Below the pieces are notes generated by a model. The model saw only the letters and a list, made by a program, of their open reading frames with translations, made no database searches and was not told the origin of the DNA. DNA of 64,000 nt. It comes from a virus. The stretch lies in the IMG/VR virus record IMGVR_UViG_3300020027_000006, positions 1-64,000 of that record; one strand, given 5' to 3'. The position numbers and the translations under genes were made by a program. Positions 35,093-44,455 of the stretch are shown here, piece after piece; the first letter of the stretch is position 1; every line of letters begins with the position of its first letter.

Positions 35093-35909
35093 GTAAACTT
35101 ACTGTATCTTTTTCATTATAACCTCCTGCCATAACAAATACAATAGGGATATTCATTTGTTTCGTAAATTCAAATACAGAACGGTCACGTTTTTGTAGTT
35201 CTAATTTAGTTAAAATTCCACTTCCTAAGCTATCATGAATGTATGCATCCATACCCGCTTGATAAATAATTAAATCAGGTTTAACATCAAGAATAGTTAC
35301 AAAAGATTCAGCCAACGCTGCCTCGTAATCTATCCAACTTCTTACTTTTCTACTCCAACTATGTATTGTTTCCTCGTCTGAAGAAAGTGCCAAACCAAAA
35401 ATACTGAAATTATAAAGGTTATCAAGTTGTCTTGTAAAATCTCTTGTTCCATCACCAAAGTGAATGTCCACATCGAGTACAAAAACACGTTTATCAGGCA
35501 GTTCTTGTGCGACTAAAGCTAATCCGTTAAATGTGCAATAAGCCGACCCCCTGTCATAGGATGAATGATGAAAACCCGCAGCTATACAAGAACTAATTCC
35601 AGTGCTTAAAGCCTGTTCAGCAGCCGGAACCATAGATTCATTAATGGCTAGAACCCCGTCTCTAATTTCTTTTGTCCAGTTCCATCCATTTGAACTTGCT
35701 AAATGTCCTTCTCCTTTAACAAAAGCTTCTACATATTTCGGACTATGCAATTTGGTTAATTTATCAATTATATGTTCATCTGATTTTGATTCTATGATTT
35801 CAGATAGACCGATTTCTTGAACTTCTTTCGAGATTAAAGAAAGTTTTCGCATCGAAAGTGTGGGAGTATCTGCAAAAAATTTAGATTTATAGTATGTAGG
35901 TATCTTCAT
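35037..35909 (-). CDS. Zn-dependent histone deacetylase family protein (HDAC/AcuC/AphA)
   Basis: LHSPKYV, GFHH, CTFNG, DVDIHFGDG, YQAGMD, GGY. Confidence 0.9.
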   Translation of the reverse strand: MKIPTYYKSKFFADTPTLSMRKLSLISKEVQEIGLSEIIESKSDEHIIDKLTKLHSPKYVEAFVKGEGHLASSNGWNWTKEIRDGVLAINESMVPAAEQALSTGISSCIAAGFHHSSYDRGSAYCTFNGLALVAQELPDKRVFVLDVDIHFGDGTRDFTRQLDNLYNFSIFGLALSSDEETIHSWSRKVRSWIDYEAALAESFVTILDVKPDLIIYQAGMDAYIHDSLGSGILTKLELQKRDRSVFEFTKQMNIPIVFVMAGGYNEKDTVSLHVETFKIANEVYYGKTIK

Positions 35910-36114
35910 AATTTATTGTGTAGGCAAATTCCAATTTAAGTATATCAAAGTTTTATTATTTTGTCAACAAATAAATTTAAGAGGTGTACTCCCTCCCAGT
36001 GAGCAGGGAAAAAAGCAAGCCCGTCATCCTCTCTGCTCCAGAGAAAAATTTAGAAGAGAAGTAAAAAGACCCTGCTTGTGCAAGGTCTCTTTCTTTTTCT
36101 AAGGTTTTAAGTGT

Positions 36115-36330
36115 AATAGTTACTAATTTCAATGAAAAACAATGAAATTAACTTTAAACTTTTAACAGTTTTGGGCTAACTAAAAAGCCCTCTACTTCGT
36201 TCGGAAAAACCTCTCCAAGTTTCTTTTTTAGAATATTCAATGCAGCGTTATAGTCAGCATTAACTGAATGAATGTAATACAAGCCATTGCTTTGTTGTGC
36301 TTACTTGCTAATCTGCAGAATTAGTTTTCA
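36115..36330 (-). mobile_element. internally deleted IS200/IS605 remnant: tnpB 3' end plus right end (omega-RNA region)
   Basis: 36270-36154 reads HSVNADYNAALNILKKKLGEVFPNEVEGFLVSPKLLKV*, the TnpB RuvC-III motif; 138 bp identical to 58040-58177. Confidence 0.8.
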
Positions 36331-36456
36331 GTCAATTGGTTTAAGTTAACGCATAATGGTTTCCTCCCGACTTTAAGTCTTTACCAATCTCGAATACTTA
36401 CCTTCGACAATTAAAGTGTAGCAAACTAGAACTTGTTTGTCAATACAAAAAATATT

Positions 36457-37526
36457 TTATTTTTCAATTGCCGTGAAAAATTTATTGCCCTTACTTCGGA
36501 CGGGTTCAACGGTCATTGAATCGAATCCCATTTCATCACCAAGAATAGACCATGCATGGTTTGCGTTTTCTTGAGGAGATGAAGGAGATGTGCCACCTAC
36601 GACCAAATAAGGAACAGACCTGCTTGCATCCAAAAGTTTCTGCAATTGTTCATCAGTTAATTCAAATTCTTTTCTCATTGTCTTTCTCCAATCAATTTAA
36701 TTTGTTCTAGGCTCCGTTTTGTCGGACATCAATCAATTTGTTTATGGTTCAACACTAAATCTGAAATTGATTGACATTAATAGTCAAGCATAGGCTCCGG
36801 ACTGTTGCCATATCCCGTAAACCCTGCATATTTATAATTTGTATTTCATAACACTTATTTTTACCGTTCGCGGACTACCTTATATATGCCGCCTTTGCGT
36901 ATAAATGCCCTATAACCTCTTTTTATCCAGTTTAGGAGTCCTTACTTACACTTTCCGCATAATTCATTCCCCAAAGGATATAATTAGCTAATTCAAATCT
37001 AGTAACTTCATACTTAGATTCTACATTACCATTGAAAATCTTATCCGCTTTTTGAAATGCTACTTCGGTTAAATCTTTGGCAGGTAACGCATCTAACTTA
37101 CCTCTTAAGAAACCTCTCCAATAAGCCATTTCATAGATTCGGACAAACGTATCCTCCAAGTAGGTTGGTCGTCTAGGTTGGTCGTCCTTTACCGCCCAAT
37201 CAGCCACAGCATCTGAAATTATTGAATTCATTTCTATCTTATTCATATTAAAATATTACCATAAAAAATTTAGTTTGTCAATAAGAGTTATCTACACTTA
37301 ATTTTTCAAATGCTTGCCACCCTTTAATGACTATTAAAATGCTTGCCGATATAATAGCTGTATAGCCTAAAATTAATCGAATAACGTCCTCAACTACTAC
37401 TAACTGGAAAACCTCGTCTAAGACGTTTGACATCGTAATAAAAGCCATTACAACTATAAAGGACAAGACCATTATAGCTATATCGAACTCCGCACCATTG
37501 AAATATTTTTTCATAAGTAACCTCAA
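36457..37526 (-). CDS. hypothetical ORFs (36457-36678, 36932-37246, 37278-37526 membrane)
   Basis: ORF track; promoters or SD sites. Confidence 0.6.
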
Positions 37527-37583
37527 CTGCTACTATACCAAGTTTTTATAATTTTGTCAACATAAAAAAGTAGAAAATAAGTG

Positions 37584-37631
37584 TTGACAAGTTAGAATTT
37601 ATATGATATACTATTTGTGGAGGGGTGCGGG
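37584..37631 (+). promoter_or_regulatory. antisense promoter unit 7
   Basis: TTGACA-17-TATACT + ATTTGTGGAGGGGTGCGGG. Confidence 0.8.
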
Positions 37632-37815
37632 AGAGATAAAAAACTGTGAAGAAACAGGAGGAGGCACATATACCTGCTCGATGGGTGGAGTAAAGAGAGG
37701 AGAAGAGAAGCAGTAAAAAAGCAGCTAAATGTTTCCACTTAGCTGCAACTGTATTTTATCGTGTTGGTTTTATTTAATCGCTGACAAGTACGCCCTTCAT
37801 TTTTTTTTGCTCCTT

Positions 37816-38085
37816 TTAGCTAAATGTATAACGTCTTACTACAATGACTTCATCCTCTGAAACTTTTTGAACCTCGGTGCGGTGTTCGGTTCCTTCTTTA
37901 TCTCGTCCGATTATCAGGGAAAATCTGTGTCCTATCGGCATCCGGCTCATTTCGTCGGCTCCGCGTTCGGTTAGTGCCTTGATTGCGTTCGGGGTGTTAA
38001 GCTGTATTCGGTTAAGTTGGGTTTTGTTGTTCATAGTGTTCTCCTCGACTAGATATATATTAGCAAAGAAGAACTGTTTTGTCAA
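37816..38085 (-). CDS. hypothetical protein (likely start at MNNKTQ)
   Basis: GAGGAG SD before the internal ATG. Confidence 0.6.
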   Translation of the reverse strand: MTKQFFFANIYLVEENTMNNKTQLNRIQLNTPNAIKALTERGADEMSRMPIGHRFSLIIGRDKEGTEHRTEVQKVSEDEVIVVRRYTFS

Positions 38086-38143
38086 GAGAATAATCCCGGA
38101 TTCCGGGATTTATTTTTCGTAGCTTTTCGGAAAATTTGCCCAC

Positions 38144-38533
38144 TTAAATTTTAGTTAAATCAGCTGTCCAAGTATATTTTGATTTGTCAAGTGTTTGGTG
38201 AAAATCACCTGCGGCGTTTTTGTAAGTTGTTACTATCTCTTTTGTTGTCAAAGAAACTACTGCACAACAAAAATTTCCTGCGACTTTACCGCGTACCAGA
38301 ACCCGAACTTCTCCTCCGTTATTGTTTGCCTCTATTACGGAGCAATAGGTTAACATTGCCTTTATCTGTGTTTCGTCCACATGCTTTTGATTCATTCTAT
38401 CCATTGCATGATTTCGGAAAGCATAATTTGACGAACGAACCTGACTCATTAAATTCTGTATTTCAGGTTGTGACATTTGGGTATAGTGTTTTCGGTTTTC
38501 CATAATGATTCCCTCTACTAAATATATTAGCAA
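38144..38533 (-). CDS. DUF4258-like (RelE-like fold) protein
   Basis: YAFRNHAMDRMNQKHV...VRVLVRG...EIVTTY. Confidence 0.6.
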   Translation of the reverse strand: MLIYLVEGIIMENRKHYTQMSQPEIQNLMSQVRSSNYAFRNHAMDRMNQKHVDETQIKAMLTYCSVIEANNNGGEVRVLVRGKVAGNFCCAVVSLTTKEIVTTYKNAAGDFHQTLDKSKYTWTADLTKI

Positions 38534-38640
38534 ATAGATTCTGTTTTGTCAACACTTATTTTACAGAAAATAAAAATTAAAAGGTGTTGTCCGACGCACA
38601 TTTATATTTTATCTATCTGCGGAAACTAAACCGCAAACCC

Positions 38641-40441
38641 TTAAAAAACTACACTATGAAAATGCTCCGGTCGTGCATCTTGCCTAACTATTGGCATATT
38701 CTTTATTTGATGAAAATCACCATCAAAGATTCGGATTTCAACATTACCATTAACGGTAAGAAGTTTAACATCGTTCCACAGACCTGTTGTTAACGGGCTA
38801 ACAATAGTGCAGTGTGAAAAGACTTGAACGGTCGGGTGTAATCGTGTAAAGAATTTTTCTGCAATACTAGCACGTTCGATTTTTGATGTTTTCCACAAAT
38901 CCATTTTTTTTTTATCCTTCCTTAACCAACTTCCAACTATTAAATTCTACCAAATAGATTCTGTATTGTCAACACTTATTTTTAATATTTTGCAGACGTT
39001 TGCGGAGCTTATAATAAGTTGCTTTGCTTATTTCTACACCATTGATGAAAGCCACACCGTTAGACGTATAAGGATTATATTTTGACTCTCCGACCGTATA
39101 ACCACCAGCCATTGGGATTTTGAAATATTTAATTGCGGAAAATTGATTTTTCATAATAACACTCTTTTAATTAATTTCTAGGGTTTGGAAAACATCTTTT
39201 ATTTTAAGGATTTCTTTTTGAGCTTTTTCTTGTAAGAAAATAACTTGTGTTTTACTTCTACTGATAATAACTTCATCAGTTCTATATTTGACTATTTTAA
39301 CGTATCGTTTTTTGCACAGTTCAGAAAAAATTTGAGCGTCCTCAAAATCAAACCATTCCTTCAAAGACTCAAGAGAATCACAGCCAAAGCAATAATTTTC
39401 TATGTTTTTAATATCGAACGTATCAAAATCATGAGCATAAGTAGGTCTCTCATGCGGAAACCCATTATATTCCTTCATCCATTTTCCTATCAAGGCTGTA
39501 ATGGCGACCGTTCTATTAGAATGATTATACACACCATTTGTTTCTCCGTCTCTGATTACTTCTAATCTATAAACTTCTTGCATAGTGACCATCCTTACGA
39601 ATTTAATTTTTTCTACTATATCGCGGTCTCAAAACCTAAACGCACCCAAACAAAAAAATCAAACAGACTTACTTTTTTGTTTTCACCTATCATACGTTGT
39701 TGCTTATAAAGGATAACAGGCTTACTTTCGCCTCGTTGAATACGCACCACTTGATAAAACAATGTGCGATTATTTTTCTTTATGCTTGCGGACGTAGTAA
39801 AGCGAACACACTCAACAGCATCCTCAACAAATACTGTTTTGCTTTTTGTAACTTTGACGCCTTTATCGGTTGTGTTTGTTTCTGTGGTTTTCATTTCCAA
39901 ATCGTGTTATCCGACAATTCCTGATTAGCATCTTCAAACGACAAACCGAAAATGCTCATATAATCACAAATGATATTAGTGCATTTATTATCAAACTCCT
40001 CCGTTACTACTCCAACAAATTCTGTTTCATCCGTTTCTATTTCATAGTTGCGGATAAAAGAAATAGCTGACATATTGACTATTTTGTTCCAGTCTGATTG
40101 TAATTCGGTTTTTGTCATTTCCTAACCTCTAACAATTCTAATACTAGCAAATAAAAACTAAATTGTCAACATAAAAAGCAACCAGATACATTTCTGATTG
40201 CTTTTATTTTTAACCTTTTGCGGAGGCCTTAAAGTCTATCCATAAAATCATCTGTTAAACTTTCGATGAACGCCGCTTTTTCTTCTTCGTCAGGATAAGT
40301 AAAAAATTCCGCCCATTCCGTGGCATCCATATGAACCGATTCTCGGTCAGCAGTATTTGTAATTTTACAAATACCATAGTTAAAGAAAAGGTCACTCATT
40401 TGAACAGCGGAAACAAACATTCCTAAAACTTGGTTAGCCAT
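38641..40441 (-). CDS. small hypothetical ORFs (38641-38904, 38969-39154, 39167-39592, 39616-39900, 39891-40118, 40229-40441)
   Basis: Co-oriented and closely packed. Confidence 0.6.
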
Positions 40442-41049
40442 ATAGATTGTAAATTATCCTTTATCGTGAATTCGCTACCTTAGTAGCATAATAAAATATT
40501 AACACTTGCGGAACCTATTGTCAACAAAAAACATATCATTCCAGAATGAGAAGACCATTTCATGTATATCACGACCGAACAAACTGCATTCTATCCCACC
40601 GTCCACCAGACGAGCAGCGATTCGTTTCTTTTTTATTTATTTCTTTTCTTTTCTTTTCCCGCATTCTACTCTTTCTCCGCTCATTATCGGACGCAGACAT
40701 AATTATGTAATTTAACAAGATTGTTAAATTGTTTCACGACTTTGTTTCATAGATAGCATTCTGTATTAAACCGATTTACACAGCAAATATCATGCCATTA
40801 AATTCTGGAAAAATATGAGTTTTTAAGCGTTTTTTGATTTACTAAGTGTTGCAAATAAAAGACTTATAGCATCAAAAATAAAGATGTACTAGGACAAGGG
40901 GTGACTTGTTTAACGCGACGAGAGCCCCGGAAATCAACACTGTAAATCCTTTATTTTCAACACTTTGCGGACATAGCAATTAGTATGCCAAAACAGCTGT
41001 TTAACACGTTGTTTCACATATTTATTTTACTACCTGCGGACTGACACAG

Positions 41050-41275
41050 TTATTCATTTATGAAACAGTTCATATAGTATTCTCTGTACTATCTATGAAA
41101 CAACCTATTGTTACAACCTTATGCTATCTATGAAACAGTGCTATATGTATCAGGTTGTATCATATACGATACAGTGGCATCCTTACTATTACACACCATC
41201 TATGAAACAATGATACACATACCACGTTGTAGCATGTATAGCACAGCCCATAACATACTATCTATGCAACATACC
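41050..41275 (+). repeat. iteron-like TATCTATGAAACA repeats with a period of about 35 bp
   Basis: ATGAAAC cores at 41060, 41095, 41130, 41202; variant at 41264; inverted copy at about 40743. Confidence 0.65.
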
Positions 41276-41479
41276 TTACTATAAAATAATGTATCACTAA
41301 ATATTATAGTACAGTGCGGACAAAACAATAGGTAAACCATAAACAAATAACATACTATCTATCAAAACCAAATGATAACTATATACATATAGTCATATAA
41401 AGTATTGACATATACCTATCTAAATGCTACTCTATCATAGAGGTTATATTGGTACTAACTTAAAAGGGGAATAAACACT

Positions 41480-41671
41480 ATGACACGCGACAGCTACACA
41501 ATAGAGGACATCCAAAATGCCGAGGACGCAAGCAACGAATATAAACGAGCAGCCGCTATTGCATCTATGGAGCAAGATGAGGAAGATGAAGCAGCATACT
41601 TAGTTGACACTAAGTTATTGGATTCATGGGAAAACTCATATATGGCATCAGGAATAAAAGATTGTGTATAA
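41480..41671 (+). CDS. small acidic protein
   Basis: TTGACA promoter at about 41405 and AAGGGG SD. Confidence 0.6.
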   Translation: MTRDSYTIEDIQNAEDASNEYKRAAAIASMEQDEEDEAAYLVDTKLLDSWENSYMASGIKDCV

Positions 41672-42142
41672 GACTGTGCAAAAGATTGTACATAAATCGC
41701 ATTCGCCTGATATACCAAATAACGGCACATTCTTGCTACAATGACATAAAATGTTATTTTATAGTAGTTTGCGGATAACAAAATATGTCACACACTACAT
41801 ATCCGCAGATAACTGACAAAAATTGATAACATACATTGTCAGTTATCTGCCAAATATAAAACAAACGTATGAAAACTGACATATAGTGTCAGGGATATGT
41901 GACACAACTGTTTCATTACATAAAACAAACGAATGATACAGACATAATTTGTCATAAGGAGGATACCAAATATACATTACTAACTAACAATAAATGTAAC
42001 ACTAACACATAGTGTCATATCATTAAGAGAGTAACATAACAAAAACTGTCATAGTAACAGATATAGTAGTGACACATAGTGGTACAATGTCGTTTTCTGT
42101 CATTTACTCGAGGTACTGGTAGGTTGGCATGTTGAGGCACCC

Positions 42143-42183
42143 ATCTCCAGCCCTACTCAAAAAATCTCCAGCCCTACTCAAAA
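42143..42183 (+). repeat. direct repeat atctccagccctactcaaaa, two copies
   Basis: Read directly from the sequence. Confidence 0.85.
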
Positions 42184-42349
42184 TCTTACCGTCCCATTCC
42201 CCTACTTTATCCTCTATTTAAATAGAGACTAATTTTATTTTTAGTTTTGTACTCGTCTTTTCTGTTTTTCCCTATTAAAATAGCCTTGTTGTACAAAAAA
42301 AATTTTTCTTGGTCATTTTTAATAGGGGGTCTGTTTTAGGTGTGTTTGT

Positions 42350-43467
42350 TTATTCTTTTAACCAATTGTGTAATGGTGTTATTAGTTTATTTAGTCTTTT
42401 TTCTTCTTTTATTACTTTTTGTTTATTTTCTCTCTCCACACGTAGTCTAATTTTTTGTCTTATTGTAAGAGCTGATTTATGTAACTTATCTAATGCACTC
42501 ATATCACCATCTTGAAGAGTCTTTAAGTGCTCTTTTGAAAGAGGTCTAAGTGGTAAAGATTTAATTAATTTCTCTCGTTTCTTTTTATTTTTTATTTTTA
42601 CCTCTTCTGGTATTGTGTTTGGCATTTGTTTTGGTTCCTTTTATTTTGTCCGCGAGGCACTTAAATTTTTAACCATTTGAAAACTGGGCTTTCTTTACCT
42701 GATTCAGTTTTGATTTGATTATTTGTTTGATTGTGGTTTGAAGGTCTGTTATCTTCTTTTTGATTATTTCTAATTCTGGTTGGATTTTAGAAAAAGCATA
42801 ATAATCATCTGGATGCATAACATAATCGTAAGCTAACCTGTCTCTGTCTTTAATAAGAATATTTAGTTTCTTTTCTAGAGTCTTTATTTTATAGTCATCC
42901 ATTTTTGTATAGGTAAGCTGCATACAGTATTTAATTTATCTTGTATCCTATCTTTTTCTTTTTGTATTTTTTTGTCCAACTCTATTGTTTTTAAGCTTAT
43001 TCTTCTTACCTCATCATTGAATACTTCTAAGCCTATATGAGTTGTATTCATTTGTCTCCAATACTCATTCTTTAGTGCGTCGTATTCGTTCCAATTTAAC
43101 TCCCTCTCTATGATTAAATCCTTTAATTTTTTAGATGTGGCATTCATTATTTCTTCTTTAACCATTTTTGTACACTGTTTGCTTCTTTTTGAGCTTCTTT
43201 TTGAGCTTCTTTTTGAGCTTCTTTTTCAAGCTTTTTAGTTAACTTTATCTGTGCTTTCTTAGTTATAAGTTTTGCTAAATATAGTTCAATATAATCCCTT
43301 GAATAAACCAGTTTTTCTATTTGTTTTTGTATAGACAGGGCATTTTTTACATCGTAGAGATTAAGGCTTACTCTGTAATTATTGTTTAGTGAGAATATTT
43401 TTGATATTATTGAGTTTAACTCGTCTGATACTTCTTCAATTTGTTTTTCTATATCTAGGTCACTCAT
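42350..43467 (-). CDS. four coiled-coil ORFs (42350-42625, 42669-42923, 42884-43165, 43147-43467); three carry the W-tag
   Basis: C-termini PLHNWLKE, PIQKWMTIK, SVQKWLKKK. Confidence 0.7.
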
Positions 43468-43672
43468 ATAATTTTACTCGTATAATTTTCGTATAATTTT
43501 ATAGTGTCTGCGGAACACTATAATAGAACTCTTGTATTTATAATCTTAACATAAAATCCGCAGATAGTCAACAAATATTTTATTTTTCTAATAAAATACA
43601 TTTCTAATGCTTGACATATGCTGTAACTTTATATAAACTTTCCAGTTATGGAGATAAAATTATTAGTAAAAC

Positions 43673-44455
43673 ATGTCTAGTACAAAAACAATGAAACGCT
43701 CAAAAGAGCAACGTGAGTCTGATATGAATATACTGTCTAAAATGTATATTCGAAACAAATCTCAGATGGAGATAGGCCGTACACTTGGAATATCTCAAGG
43801 TCAGGTCTCCAATGACCTCAAAAAACTACTCAAACGTTGGGAAGATACTCGCCTTAACGATATAGACCAATATAAAGCAGAGCAATTACAACGAATCAAT
43901 CACATAGAAGGTGAAATGTGGACAGCTTGGGAGCTTAGTAAGACCAAAGGTAAGATAACTATATCTAAATCAAAATCAGGAGAAATGGTCAAAATGCTTG
44001 ACCCGTCGACCGGAAGAGAATTTAAGATGGACGATGACCGTTACTGGAAAGCAGGTGAAATCGAAGAGCTTCCAACTGGCGGGGGTGATATGCAATACAT
44101 GAACGGTATTATGTGGTGTGTACAAGAACGTTCTAAAATTATGGGACTTAATGCTCCTAAGAAAATTGCTGCTACTGACCCAACCGGTACAATAGAAGCA
44201 GGTCAATCTGCAAAAGAGATACTTGGGGATATAATAGGCGGAATTTTAAAACGAGCTGAAAAATCTGATAAAGAATTAATAGGAAGTAAACTTATGGAAA
44301 TCGGAGATAACAATGAGATTGATGTTAGCTCTGGCTCAGTTCTGGCTCAAAAAATAAGGGATGAAAAAATACGAAGACTTCCGCCTGCAAAAAACGCAGG
44401 TACATCTAGTACCGAAGAAAATAATTACATTGATGCGGAGATAATAGATGAGTAA
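43673..44455 (+). CDS. terminase small subunit (putative)
   Basis: N-terminal HTH (SQMEIGRTLGISQGQVSNDL), ERSKIMGLNAPKK, directly upstream of terL. Confidence 0.75.
   Translation: MSSTKTMKRSKEQRESDMNILSKMYIRNKSQMEIGRTLGISQGQVSNDLKKLLKRWEDTRLNDIDQYKAEQLQRINHIEGEMWTAWELSKTKGKITISKSKSGEMVKMLDPSTGREFKMDDDRYWKAGEIEELPTGGGDMQYMNGIMWCVQERSKIMGLNAPKKIAATDPTGTIEAGQSAKEILGDIIGGILKRAEKSDKELIGSKLMEIGDNNEIDVSSGSVLAQKIRDEKIRRLPPAKNAGTSSTEENNYIDAEIIDE

Noticed and set aside
41050-41275. CRISPR array (GAAAC-ending repeats)
   Set aside because: Repeats are only about 13 bp, degenerate and 35 bp apart; no cas genes in the window
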